From positions 56,420,001-56,484,000 of the forward strand of contig OX597827.1 of the NCBI GenBank assembly GCA_951406725.2: 64,000 nt of DNA, read 5' to 3'. Shown here one piece after another: positions 1-12,789 of this stretch (the first letter of the stretch is position 1; each line of letters opens with the position of its first letter). The position numbers were made by a program, and so were the translations under genes. This DNA is from Octopus vulgaris. Its lineage: Eukaryota. Under the pieces are notes generated by a model. That model was not told where the DNA came from, made no database searches, and worked only from the letters and a program-made list of their open reading frames with translations.

Positions 1-1072
1 GCTTCTTACGTACCATCGGTACGGGGAGCCAGTCACGCAACACTGACATCAACCTACGCTTGAATGGTGCTTATTACGTGTCACCAGCATTGTTTCCAGT
101 CAGGTGGCACTGGCATTGGCCACAGCTATGATTTCAATTTTGATTTCACTTGACTTAACAGGTCTTCTCAAGCACAGTGTGTTGCCTGGTAATTTAAGGG
201 TACTTTTCAATGGGCTGGTTATGCAACATAGGTATTGGCCACAGCTGCGATTTCAGTTTACTTGCCAGGTCTTCTCAATCACAGCATATCTCCAAAGGTG
301 TCAGTCTCTTGTCATTGTCTCTGTGAGGCCCAACATTCAAAGGTCATGCTTCACAACCTCATCCCAAGTCTTCCTGGGTCTACCTCTTCCACAGGTACCT
401 TCCACTGTTAGGGTGAGACACTTCTTCACACAGCTGTCCTCATCTATATGCAGCACATGACCATACCAGTGCAGTTGCCTCTCTTGCGCACCATATCTGA
501 TGCTTCTTATGTCCATCTTTTCTCTCAGAGCACTTACACTCTCTTGTGCATGCGCACTGACATCATACATCCAGCGGATCATACTAGCTTCATTTCTTTC
601 AAGCCTACGCATGTCCTCAGCAATCATGGCCCATGTTTCACTGCCATGTAGCATGGCTGTTCGTACACATGCATCATACAGTCTACTTTTCACTCTGAAT
701 GAAAGGCCCTTTGTTACTAGCAGAGGTAGGAGCTTTCTGAACTTTGCCCAGGCTATTATTTTTCTAGCAGCTATGCTCCCCAAGCATCCACCTCCACTAC
801 AGACTTGGTCACCAAGGTAACAGAAGCTATCAACTACTTCTAGTGTTTCCCCCTGGCATGTGATGGAATCTGTTTTCTGTACATTTTTGGTGTTTATTGC
901 CCCTGTGCATCTGCCACACACAAAAACTATCTTCCCAGTTAGCCTTCCTTTGATATTGCTGCACCTCTTATGTGTCCATAGCTTACACTGAGTACATCTT
1001 ATGGAGTTTCTACCTACGCCTTTTCTACAGATCAAGCAGGGCCATCTACCTGAAGAGGTTTGTGATTTGTCT
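1..1072 (-). mobile_element. 5'-truncated RTE-clade LINE: C-terminal part of ORF2 (PHD-like finger plus post-RT domain) and repetitive 3'UTR
   Basis: ORF 337..1035 has LEVVDSFCYLGD, LYDACVRTAMLHGSETW, QLHWYGHVL and RGRPRKTW, typical RTE C-terminal motifs. Positions 1-300 match the GGTGCTTTTACGTGCCACC-type 3'UTR repeats also seen at 15930 and 42700. Confidence 0.9.
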
Positions 1073-1700
1073 GATCAAACAGGACCATTTGTTACAGATG
1101 TATTAAAAGACTACAGTTTTCAGATAAAAGTCACCAAAGCTTACATATATATATTAATCCTGACCTGGTTTTTTTCTCTCTCTATTTTTTACCTCTTATC
1201 CCTTTCAGTCAAAGAACATGGGCTCAAAATGTCAAAGACTTTTCCATTTTTCCTGAGCATCAAACTAAAAGACCTGCTTGTTGTTCCCATCTACCAAATC
1301 CACTCAGAAGGCTATAGTAGAAAATACCCAAGGTGTTGGGCAGTGGGACTGAACCCAAAACCATGTGGTTGGGAAGCAAACTTCTCACTGCACAGCCACA
1401 CCTACATTGTGTGTGTGTAGAAATAGTGATAACAATGTTTGTTTTGCTATACTTGTACTGATGGATAAGTCTTCTCAAGCATTACATGTCATCATTCGCT
1501 ATGATCTTTTGTCATCTCTTTCATGAGGCTCAGCATCTTGAAATCAATTTTCACTTTTTCATCCCATATTTCCTAGGCCTTTCTCTTTCACAGCATCCAT
1601 TCACATAAAATGTCCTGCAATGTTTTATACAACTGTTATCCTTCATACACATCACCAGTACTGTCTTCTCTCTTGTACACTACATTTTCTTTTTTATATA

Positions 1701-2073
1701 CTAGCAGTATCACCCGGCGTTGCTCAGGTTTGTTTCAACCCTTTAGAATTGGATTTTTTGAAAAGTAAAAATTTTGCATTATGTAGCTTGTTATTCTCTT
1801 TAAGTGAACATTTTTCTGGTTGAAATGCACCGAAAAATGGCGACACAGCAGTCAAAGAATCATAAAAAATAGGGATTTTCATAGAAAAAGAGCACCTTTG
1901 ATGTAAATAATGGTCCGATTCGAATTTTATCTTCTACAGAATGAAGAACAAGTCTTTGTCTATCATACTCTCAATTTTGGTCAACTTGCACCACAGGGTC
2001 TCGGAAGAGATAGTGTTAGTTGAAGGCTACCAAACCTGCCACACACAGACAACTTCAGCTTTATATATATAGA
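1701..2073 (-). mobile_element. Non-autonomous Helitron
   Basis: Minus strand starts TC, ends with a GC-rich hairpin (plus strand CCCGGCGTTGCTCAGG) and CTAG, and sits between A and T with no TSD. Confidence 0.8.
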
Positions 2074-2350
2074 TTAGTCAGTATGGAACACAGTACCTCT
2101 GATCTTTTACAGAGTTTCTGAAGCTGATGGAAGAGAGAGAGAGAGAGAGAGAGGAAATGTGTATTCAAACTGGAGACCTAGCTGAAATGCATATGATAAA
2201 ATGGGCTCTATTAAAGGCATAAGAAGCACTACATGATGGTGATGTTAAACCAGGTAACAAATTAAGTGTCTGACCCAAGTAGATTATGTCGATATTTGAA
2301 CTTAGCAAACAGAGAATGGGAATAAATAGCATGAGACATTCTATCCAAAG

Positions 2351-2565
2351 AGAATTGGTTGTGTCATTAGAATTTTGAATGACTGTATGGAGAATGCTGA
2401 AGTAACTCTATGAAGAATATTGGAATGACTCTACAAAGAATGTTGGTGTGATTATGAAGAATGCTAGAATATCTCATTAAAATGTTGGCCTGACTAATTA
2501 GAATATTAAATTAACTCAATAAAATGTTGGAGTGATTCAACTGAATGTTGGCATGACTCTATGAA
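2351..2565. repeat. Degenerate minisatellite, ~21-23 bp unit (GAATGTTGGAGTGACTCTATGAA-like)
   Basis: About 9-10 diverged adjacent units visible. Confidence 0.7.
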
Positions 2566-2818
2566 GTATGAAAATGGGAAAACTTAGAGTAGGGACAAGG
2601 TTAAACCTTGGCATCAAATAAATGAACAAACTCACTACATGTATTGAATGCTTTTTCAAAATCCTTTATAATCCAAATGTGCATGTGTGTGCACATGTTT
2701 ATTCTTTTGTTGGTTACAGTCATTGTTCTTTGGCCATGCTACAGTATCACCTTTGTACCTACTTTATCAGTCTGTATTTTTTAAACCACTAAGTTATGGA
2801 ACATAAACAAGGTTTTTA

Positions 2819-3205
2819 AGCACAGGAGTAGCTGTGTGGTAAGTAGCTTGCTTACTAACCACATAGTTCCAGATTCAGTCCCACTGCGTGGCACCTTGGG
2901 AAAGTGTCTTTTACTATAGCCTCAGGCCGACCAAAGCCTTGTGAGTGGATTTGGTAAAGGGAAACTGAAAGAAGCCCGTCGTATATATGTATGTGTGTGT
3001 ATCTGTGTTTGTCCCCCCAACATCGCTTGACACCCGATGCTGGTGTGTTTATGTCCCCGTAACTTAGCGGTTCAGCAAAAGAGACTGATAGAATAAGTAC
3101 TAGGCTTACAAAAAATAATTCCTGGGGGCGATTTGCTCGACTAAAGGCAGTGCTCCCAGCATGACCTCAGTCAAATGACCGAAACAAATAAAAGAGTAAA
3201 AGAGT
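2819..3205 (+). mobile_element. tRNA-derived SINE, family A (full length, internal TA/TG microsatellite)
   Basis: A box TGGCTGTGTGG-like, B box GTTCAGTCCC-like, CORE-like GCACCTTGGGCAAGTGTCTT, tail (GAGTAAAA)n. Over 15 copies or fragments in the window, e.g. 1270, 7877, 18873, 22732, 24697, 25298, 36217, 56995. Confidence 0.9.
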
Positions 3206-3294
3206 GTAAACCTGGACACATACACATACTATAAGTTCTTGCAGAATATCCATTGACCAGCCTGGGATTAACTAACTAGACTATTTATTAAATA

Positions 3295-3695
3295 CTAGCA
3301 GTATCGCCTGGCATTGCTCGGGTTTGTAAGGGAAATAACTATATAAGTATTTTTAGAGATGTAAAGTATAATAGCCATCTCAATATGGCTAACCACAAAG
3401 GATGGGGGGGGGGTTACTGTAGCTTTTTACGTTCTGAGATTTAATAATAAATTTTTAGAGAGTTACTTCCCTTATATATGCCAAAAATTCATTAAAAATG
3501 GGAAAAATTGATGGTAATTTTTTTTTTAAATCGTAGACTCATTGTAGACACGCGCTAATACCCAGAAGGGCTCGATATGAATCACGACTATAAGATACCC
3601 AGTTTTGGTTAAACTGCACTGCAAAATGTGGGACTAGTTAGGAATCTAAATCGTAGGAGACAGACAGCACACAACCTCACTTTTATATATAAAGA
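3295..3695 (-). mobile_element. Non-autonomous Helitron (same termini as 1701-2073, different interior)
   Basis: 5' TC, 3' hairpin plus CTAG, inserted at A|T. Confidence 0.8.
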
Positions 3696-3757
3696 TTTCA
3701 GGTATCAATTGTAATCAAGTTTAGGATCTTTCTTTCTTTACATCTGCCTTTAACCTT

Positions 3758-3988
3758 TAACCCTTTAACATTTAAACCAGCCATATCTGGCTTAAAATAT
3801 TCTACCTATTTTATGTTTAAACTGGCCAGATTTGGCCTCTCATACCTACCCAATAATGTCATTCAAAACAAATAATCACATCATTGAAATCTGAAAACTA
3901 CAAGATAGTGCACGATTAATTTGAAGCAATGTAGATTTTTAAAAAAATCATTACTTTTGATAGAGTAACCTGACTGGTAAAGAGTTAA
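3758..3988. mobile_element. piggyBac-type MITE, family 1 (~230 bp)
   Basis: Consensus TTAA-CCCTTTAGCATT...AATGCTAAAGGG-TTAA. Other copies near 20051, 20400, 21460, 29376, 37500, 42295, 43406, 49597, 53065, 55914, 56381 and 61610. Confidence 0.8.
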
Positions 3989-4686
3989 TAAATGGGGTTT
4001 TTTTAATGTAATTGAAATCTTGGCTTTTTAATTTTTTAAATTTGAAAATTTTCAGCTTTCCTCTGACTTCAGTATTTGTCTGCCATATTGGTACTTGCAA
4101 GGATAATGCTTATTAACTAATGTAGGAACATACTAACATCTTCTTTTGCAATCCTATACTATGAAAGAGAAGCTGGTCTCCTGTCTGTCTGTTACAAGAT
4201 ACATGTAAAGGAGGGGAAGAAAAGGAGGAGAAAAAGTTGTTGCTGTTGAGAGAGAAATACAGTTAGATAGAGAGAGTGTGTGTGAAAGATAGATAGATAA
4301 GTAGTATTGTCACCATAGTAACTGACAAAACTTTCACTACATAACAATCTACTATTAAAAGAAGGTACATGCATGATTAACAAATATTTTTACTGTCAGC
4401 GTAGCGATGGATAAAGACCTAGTAAGACAGTAATTTTCAACTTGCAAAAAGAGAAAAACTTTATTATACAACGGTGATACCAACATGTGAAACACTACTG
4501 TACTTGTTTGACCTCCAAGCAATCTCTCTCTACACCACAACCTACCATCTTCAAAAAAGGAGAGGGGACACTGGATTGTGCTGTTTTAGATACCCTTACG
4601 AAGACAGGACACAGGACGGTTACAACTGGAATGCCTTTGATCAGGGATGACCTGTGCCTAATAACATATATTATGTTAAGTTCTTA

Positions 4687-6290
4687 AGGCAGCAAGCCAG
4701 CTGAATTGTTAGCATGCCAGGCAAAATACTTTGTGGCATTTTGTCTGTCTTTACATTCTGAGTTTAAATTCTGTCAGGGTCAACTTTACCTTTCATTTTT
4801 TCAGGGTTGATAAAATAAGTACTAGTTGAGCACTGGGACCGATGTAATGGACTTAACCCCTCTCCACCAACGAAACTGCTAGCCTTTTGTGCCAAAATTG
4901 AAAACCATTATGACAAGTTCTTGATTAGCGGGGATGACCACTTCTGTAGAGTTTTTAGTTTTGTTTTCATTTCCAACACCAATTATGAGTGGAATACAAT
5001 TTGTTTTTGTTTCTTTCACTTAAAGGCTAGTGAGCATAAGCACATATGTACCAGTTGAACATAGGGGGTCGATGTAATCAACTTATCCTCTCGCCTGAAA
5101 TTGCTGGCCTTGTACCAAAATTTGAAATCAATTTTTATTTCTTTATTGCCCACAAGGGGCTAAACATAGAGGGGACAAACAAGGATAGACAAAGGGATTA
5201 AATCGACACCAGTGCATAACTGGTACTTAATTTATCGACCCCGAAAGGATGAAAGGCAAAGTCGACCTTGGTGGAATTTGAACTCAGAACGTAGCGGCAG
5301 ACGAAATACAGCTAAGCATTTCAACCGGTGTGCTAACATTTCTGCCAGCTCACCACCTTATTTGAAATCAATTTTATAAGCACTATTATCTAAGTTCAAC
5401 TTCACCTCTCATCTTTGGGGTGGGGTGGGGGGTTAGTAAAATAAAATAAAATACCAGTCAAGTGCTTGCTTACTGTTCCCTTGCTTCATGAGGCTAGGGT
5501 GATCCCAGGTTAGTGCTCCCAGAGAGCTGACCAGGTCCACCAAAACCCTCCATCATTAGCAGTCTTGTGCCTGCCCCTCTGCATTCTATGAGGTGATGTC
5601 AAGCCTCTGGGGATCTTCTTTAATCATGTCCAACCATCTGGTGTGGGGCCTGCCATGAGGCCTCTTCCAGCCCACAGCTGCTGCATTGAATAAGTGTAAA
5701 GCCCTGGTAGGATAATCAAGTGAGAGACGGAGGACATGTCCATACCAGCGAAACTGCGATCACATACCAGTCAAGTATCATCAACTATATCCATTCTTCA
5801 TATTTGAAATCTTGTGCCTTTCTAAAAAGTTGATATTATCGTATGGCTACCATTAGTAGCTTTACTCAAAATTATGGCACTGAAGTAGTGAAACACCATA
5901 AGGAAAAAAAAAACAACATGACTGAAAACACACACACACAGATATTGGTTTCAAATTTTGGTACAAGGCCAGCAAATTTGGGGGATCCCAGTGCTCAACT
6001 GGTACTTATTTTATCAACCCAAAAAAGATGAAAGGTGAAGTTGACCCCAGTGGAATCTGAACTCAAGACGTAAAGGGGCTACACACAGAGGGGGCAAACA
6101 AGGAGAGACAAACAGATTAAGTCGATTATATCGACCCCAGTGTGTAACTGGTACTTATTTAATCGACCCTGAAAGGATGAAAGGCAAAGTTGACCTCGGT
6201 GGAATTTGAACTCACAACGTAGCAGCAGACAAAATACTACTAAGCATTTCACCTGGCATGCTAACGTTTCTGCCAACTCGCAGCCTTATG
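4687..6290. mobile_element. Cluster of nested SINE family B copies in both orientations
   Basis: Motif GGCGAGCTGGCAGAA...GAGTTCAAATTCC...GTCGACTTTGCCTTTCATCC...GGCCTTGTGCC. The copy at ~5136-5359 has TSD ATTTGAAATCAATTTT (5120-5135 and 5360-5375). Confidence 0.85.
5464..5763 (-). mobile_element. 3' end of a second RTE-like LINE inserted into a SINE
   Basis: Translates FRWYGHVLRL...GWKRPHGRPHTRW, has an (AAGC)n tail and a 13-bp TSD ATACCAGTCAAGT at 5451-5463 and 5764-5776. A related decayed copy is at ~38270-38560. Confidence 0.8.
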
Positions 6291-7715
6291 TTGCTTACTT
6301 TCTGCCTTACAGATATTGATGTGTTTCACAGTGTGGACAACAAATAACTGAACTTCTGACTCTATAAATGTAGATGATTAAGTGAGTAATGTGACTTAAT
6401 CAGAAATAGAGGATTAGAATTGATGACAGAAACTAACAGCAAAATGTTCAGAGTTTTGAAAAGAAGTTTAGGGAATTCAATGAAAACAAGAAAATGTTTA
6501 GATTAGATTGGGTGATATGTATCAGAAGTGCATGATGTGAATTGCAGCAGTTGAGAAGAACTGCATTGAGTATGATCCAGCTTCTATATGTAAATATAAT
6601 GTAACTGAAACCTACATTGCTGACAAGCTAATGAAAACGAGGGCTGAAAAAAAATTATAGCTAATGATAACTAAAATTCAAGTGACAAATTGGTAGTTGA
6701 TAGAGCATAGAATAAATTGCACTATATTTGTTAAGACTCTCTGCATTCAAACTTGTCCTTCATCCTTTCAGGACTAAACCTCTTGTTTCATTATCACAAT
6801 TGAAAAGTGTACAGATTTAAGTGAAATTTTTGAAGTTACTTTTGTCAGTAAATTACAAACTTACTTTTATCAGTAATTCTATCAACAGGAATAAAAACAC
6901 ACAAAAGTTTGCAAAGGTAGATAAAAAATTTGTAAGCAAATTTAATGAAGTGAAATTTATGAAATTACTTGTCATTAAATTATGTATGAAATTACTTTCA
7001 TCAGTAATTGTGAACTTCTTTCTGTCAGTAATTTGTGATTGAAAACTTACAGTGAAAACAACAGCAATTGACCTTAAAGCGAAAACAATAGCGTCTGAAA
7101 AATGAATGTGAAATCAATAGAGGGTGAGTGAAATATAGAGAGAGGGCTAGCTAGTTAGACAAATAAGATAGATATAGGTATAGAGATAGAGAGAGATGAA
7201 TAGACAGACATAGATAGAGAGATATAGACATCACTGATGCTAGAAAACTGGAAGTAAATATTTCTGAAAGTTTTCAAAGATGTGAATCTAATATAAAAAG
7301 CAATATTTTATATTTTTTATAAAAAAATCAAATGAAGAGCCTAACATGTGTCCAAGGTCAAATTATTCACACATCACAAGCATGGAAGCAATTGGTGAAG
7401 CTGTTTTAGTGTGAAAAGCAAATACACACACGTCTCTATTTTATATATTAGATGATACTGTGATAATCTTTTCACCAATGGATGTAAGGGAAACAATGAA
7501 TTTCTGAAAGTTACTTTGCAAAGAGTTACCTCCCTTGTCCACATAACCCACAAACAGGTGTTTTCTGCTCCCAGGTGGTGCATTACTCGTTATGTGAAAA
7601 ATTTTAAGAGTCTAAAACCATCCATGGAACATAAGTAATGTATGTTCCAAGTGTGGAGAAAATCAGTTGAAAAATACAGCCATTAAAACCTTTTACACAC
7701 ACACACAGAACAGGA

Positions 7716-7794
7716 TGTATATCATATATATATATATACACATATATCAAATATATATACTATATATATATATGATATATATAAATTATATATA

Positions 7795-7840
<46 letters not shown>

Positions 7841-8048
7841 TATGTATGTATGTATATATATATGTATATATACATATACGACGGGCTTCTTTCAGTTTCC
7901 ACTCACAAGGCTTTGGTCAGCCCGAGGCTATAGTAGGTGCCACACAGTGGGACTGAACCCAGGACCATGTGGTTGGTAAGCAAGCTACTTACCACACAGC
8001 CACTCTTGTGCCTATATATATATATATATATATATCATAAATATTTAT

Positions 8049-8082
<34 letters not shown>
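7716..8082. repeat. (TA)n-rich microsatellite enclosing a truncated SINE A
   Basis: Direct reading. Confidence 0.9.
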
Positions 8083-8085
<3 letters not shown>

Positions 8086-8164
8086 CTGTAAGTTAATGTA
8101 GTTTATAAGATAATTGTTTATTCCTTTGTCATCTCATTTTCTTGCAAGTATTTGGTGATCCTCT

Positions 8165-8702
8165 CAGAGCATATACCACTTAAAAGCACCCAGTCCACAC
8201 TGTAAAGTGGTTGGTTTTCTGTAGAGTATCCAGCTATAAAAACCTTGCCAAAACTGACCTTGCTTGTTTTTGTGCCATGTAAAAAGCGCTACTCACCTCA
8301 CCTGTGCTTGTGCCATGAAAAAAAGCACTAAGTCCACTCTACTGAGTGGTTGATGTTAAGAAGGGCATCCAGCTGTAAAAATCCTGCCAAAACAGTCACA
8401 GAAGTCTGGTGCAAGCTTCAACCTAGCTGGCTCTTGTGAAGCTGTCTCATCCATGCTAGCATGGAAGACGGACATTAAAAACCAGAACGATGATGATGAT
8501 GATATATATAAGTGTGTGTGTGTGTGTGTGTATATTACACTCATGGAGTGGTTGGCATTAGGAAGGGCATCCAGCTGTAGAAACACTGTCAAATCAGACT
8601 GGAGCCTGGTGCACCTCCGTGGCTTACCAGACCCCGGTCGAACCGTCCAACCCATGCTAGCATGGAAAACAGACATTGAATGATGATGATGATGATGATG
8701 AT
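8165..8702 (+). mobile_element. Tandem RTE-LINE 3' tail fragments ending in (GAT)n
   Basis: GTGGTTGGCATTAGGAAGGGCATCCAGCTGTA...CCATGCTAGCATGGAA...(GAT)n, as at 16130-16287. Confidence 0.8.
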
Positions 8703-9903
8703 ATATATATATGTATATCAATATACAGACACACATATTCTTTTTTATCACTTAAAAATAATATCCTTTAACAGCTTTCACGAGATTCATGGTGCTATCG
8801 CAAACTTTTATTTTACCACAGATTAAAAATAGTGACATTAAGTTAATCGGATTATTTACCACATAGTCATGAGTTCAAATCCTACTACTGTCATTTTGTT
8901 GTGCTCCTGGGCAAGGTAGCTGATGCTGTTTGGTTCAGTCTTTTCAACTAGTACCTTAACAAAAATAGTCACACCCTACTTCACGGATTAAGTTGTTTAT
9001 GATGTGAAGGACATCCAGAAGCACTAAATGTATCATTGCACCCTTGCAAGCATGGAAAAGAAGATTAATTAAACAAAAAAAAAAATAATAAATAAAAATT
9101 TAAACAAGGAGATTAATTAAAAATTAATAAGTAAAATAAAACAAGAAAAAAAATCAAACAGTAAGAACCAAAATCAAAATACCAACTTTATTTTTGTTTT
9201 GGTTTAAGCGAGCAATAAAAATTTCAATTAATTTAAACAATATCAGTTGTTTTTCAGCAGGACTAATATAAAATGAAAGAACATTTTTCCTTCCTGTTTT
9301 TCACTTTTCGGCATTAGAAAAATGTTGAAGCAACATAAACTTTTCATGTGGGGAGAAAATAAAAAATAGAATGAGTTGGAAATATAAATAAATGTAGAAA
9401 AAAAAAAAAAAAAAAATTCTCTTAAATGGGACTGAATGGGTGGTGTAAAAAAAAAATGTTAAAAAAGAATATGAAAATAAAAAAAATCCCCAGCAGTGAA
9501 ACCATGCTGCAATGTAGAACAGAATCCCCCTCCTCATCGTTTCGTTTTAAAGACTGAATGGAATCCTGGTTAAAATAAACTCCACATAGTAGAACTAGCA
9601 GTCAATGATGAGAGCAAATACTACTGGAGAAGAATTGGTTTGGTTGCTGTAGTTGTTACTGAGATTTGTTGCTGTTGTTGTTGTTGCTGTTTTTGTTTAC
9701 TTGTGAAGTTCACACTGTTGTCCAGAGTAAGAACTATGACCGTTGTTTTGAGAGGAGGAAGAAGGTACCAGCTGAATAGACTGGCAAGTCAGTTAAGCAG
9801 TGACCAAAGTGAGTGTGTAGCTAGATTGGCTACAGTCATCAAACAGTTTACATAACACAGGGCTACAGGCTGGCTGGCTGAGCTGGCTGGCTGGCTTGGT
9901 TGT

Positions 9904-9926
9904 TCAGTGTGAGGGTTGGCCACATC
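9904..9926 (-). CDS. CACUL1: CACUL1 coding exon 9 (terminal; R-CGQPSH*)
   Basis: Acceptor TTTTTAACAG, phase fits exon 8, TGA stop, followed by U-rich UTR-like sequence. Too short for homology support. Confidence 0.6.
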
Positions 9927-10002
9927 CTGTTAAAAATACAAGAAAACAATTTTAAAACTGCATCATTTCCAAGATAAGAAAGCAAAAAAAGAATATATAT
10001 GT

Positions 10003-10325
10003 GAAGGCATGTGGCCTAGTGGTTAGGGCATTCGGCTCACAATTGTAAGGTCGTGAGTTCGATTTTCAGTAACACGTTGTGTCCCCTTGAGCAAGACACT
10101 TTATTTCACGTTGCTCCAGTCCACTCAGCTGGCAAAAATGAGTTGTACTTATATCAAAGGGCCGGCTTTGTTACACTCTGTGTCATGCTGAATCTCCCTG
10201 AGAACTACGTTAGGGGTATGCGTATCTGTGGATTGCTCAGTCACTTGCACATTAATTTCATGAGCAGGCTGTGCCGTTAATCGTATCAGCTGGGACCCTC
10301 ATTGTTGTAACCAATGGAGTGCTCC
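10003..10325 (+). mobile_element. tRNA-derived SINE, family D
   Basis: Head TGGCCTAGTGGTTAGGG...GTTCGATT, CORE-like CCTTGAGCAAGACACTTT, 3' tail shared with family C. Other copies at ~20993-21300(-), 35308-35616(+) and 52278-52524(-). Confidence 0.85.
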
Positions 10326-10348
10326 TATATATATATATATAATATATA

Positions 10349-10575
10349 GAAGACATTACTATACATAAATGCCACATGCTAGGAGGGACTCTTAAAGTCA
10401 AAACTACAAAAATAAATAAACACATTGTACTCAATAATGCAACTCTCGAAGAAAGTCACTTAAAAACAGGACTTGCTTCGAGAATTGCATTCAGTACGAT
10501 GTGTTTATTTATTTTGGTAGTTTTGACTTTAAGAGTCTCTCCTAGTGTGTGGCATTTATGTATAGTAATGCCCTC
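10349..10575. mobile_element. Foldback (palindromic) MITE with ~105-bp arms, flanked by TA
   Basis: Left arm ...CATTACTATACATAAATGCCACA...TCGAAGAAAGTC is the near-perfect reverse complement of the right arm, with a ~12-nt loop. Confidence 0.85.
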
Positions 10576-11364
10576 TATATAATATAAATAAATATGTTTA
10601 AGTGAAAAAAATTGGTGGATTTTTTCTCTTATGAGGTTTTACACGCTAACTACTTGATAAATTCTTATAAAGATTTTATCCTATTTTTAAATTGTATATA
10701 TATACATATATATATCATCATCATCATTAGTAGTTCATAAATTCAAAAAAGAAACACACTAAAGCATTAGAGCAGTAATGTATATTTTAGAAAGTTAGAA
10801 GTTATGGTCAGTCATAGAGTGACCGGTGGTTTTGCACATATAAAGCGCTTAGATGTACAGATGACTCCACCCACAGCATGAACAGTTATTTTTTGCTTCG
10901 AAAACCAACTGGTTGTTACATATTTCTTCCTCCAGTTCTGAAGAGGTTATGTGTCTTCAGCCATTGGAATCTGATGAGTTGCCTATACTGAGCAGATCTA
11001 TATTCATAGGCACTCCAGTCATGACCATCCTGTCTTTTTTGTCAACTAGTACTACAGCTACATAATCCAATGTGTTTTGAGAAGCTTTGGCCACTATTTC
11101 TAACAGGTCAAGAGATTATGTAGAAGTTTTTATTCTATTTTTACCACCTGAAACTCTTTTTCTCCCCCATTCTCTCCCCATTAATTTTCTTATTTCCTCT
11201 TTTTGCCCATCACTTGCTTATCTTCACTTTCCTCTGTCTTTCCCTGTCACTATTCTTTATCCTGTCTTCAGACTCTCACAACCTCAAGGACAGCCTTCCA
11301 CAACAAAAAAAAACAAAAAAACAAAACCCTCATGAAACAAAGGGAAAATGTCATTCCAGCTTAC

Positions 11365-11408
11365 TTGGTATTTCTTCTTCACTTCGTCGTTTGCGGCTTG
11401 AATCAGAG
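11365..11408 (-). CDS. CACUL1: CACUL1 coding exon 8 (C-SDSSRKRRSEEEIP)
   Basis: Acceptor TTTCTCTTTTAG, donor GTAAGC; matches the vertebrate GDQSRKR motif. Confidence 0.85.
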
Positions 11409-12789
11409 CTAAAAGAGAAATTATGAAATAAAATGTAAATAAAAGCAACATCAACAAATAATTTTTAAGGTATGTTGACAAAAAATGCTGTTAAACATTA
11501 AGGCCTTCAGACACAAACGTAAAGAGAAAGACTGAGAAATTCAAATATATTTTTTACTTTAATCTGCACTGAATAACATGATTGCACTATGCTTGAAAAC
11601 ATGAGAGATCAATTCAGTTGGAATGCTTTTGAGTACAAGTCTCCTTCATCAAGCCTAAACAACAGTATATCAGATCTTCTTGTTTATCAATAGAATATAA
11701 TGTTTCAACATCAAGTTTAGTATTTCAACAAGATTTTTATAGATTTACATATTTATATATTTTTGGTAAAGGCTTGAAAAGGCAGCTGGCTATATCATGT
11801 CAACACTGCAAATAACTGGAGGTGAAAGACTATTTTTCTCCCAGCGATTTCACATTGCAATTTGCAAAATGGTCAAGTATTATACTTGCATTGAAGTATA
11901 GATTTGTGATTTAGGGATTCAAATGCATTGCAGATACCTAACTCTATCTCTGGATAGGTCAATTTGCACTATGTACCTCAGTTCAACCAGTTGATGTTGA
12001 AAATACTTCAAAGGCAGAATTGGTGGTACCTTTTGAGAGCTTTAGGAGCATGGGGATGACCACTTCTGTGTATACCATAATTTTTGTGTTGGTTTGAATG
12101 TCTTGATCTTGGAACACTCTCGTTCGTATATGGCCAAAAGCAGCACTGGCACTTTTATTCACTTAACACTATCATTCATGCAGAAATTGCCTGGGGTTAA
12201 GGTTGTTTTAGTTATGTCAAATACTAGTGTCAAGGGAAAAGACACCTGGTAACAATCTGTAAAAGTGGTTGGTGTTAGGTCAGGCATCAGCAATAGAAAT
12301 CAAAACTTCTGGTAAAAATATTTATTTTTCATCTACTTAATAACACAGAGTATGGAATTATGTATTGGATTTTGGATCTGAGAAGTTTGTGAAGAGATTA
12401 ACTTGAGTTTGGGCTGAAGCAAGCTGAGTGATGCATTTTGTACAGAAGCACAAAACAGAAATAGCCTCTAGAAGCAAAAGTTTTGAACACATATTCTTGA
12501 GGTTGGTAACCAGTGCAGCATCTTAAACCTTCAGTCAGTGTGAATCACTGAAAGATCAAGAAAGTTATATAAAGGCATGGGGAAGGAAAGGCTTCAGAAT
12601 ACTGTGTTTTACAGAGAAAATGAAAGTGAATCAAGAGAACTTGGCAATATGCTACACAACAGATATGTCCACTACGTGCTAGCATGAAAAAAAGAGAAGT
12701 CAAAATCATGGTGATGATGTTTAGAAAATGCAAAGTTAAGAAAAATAGTAAAAAAAAAAATAGAGAAAGAAATGAAAAATTCTACAGAC

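Noticed and set aside
2351-2565. CRISPR-like array
   Set aside because: Units are adjacent and degenerate with no unique spacers, no cas genes are present, and the context is eukaryotic.
7667-7933. ORFs rich in YI/HT/CV dipeptides (also 18861-19301, 28294-28847, 39090-39664, 47907-48176)
   Set aside because: Translations of (TA)n, (CA)n and (TG)n microsatellites.
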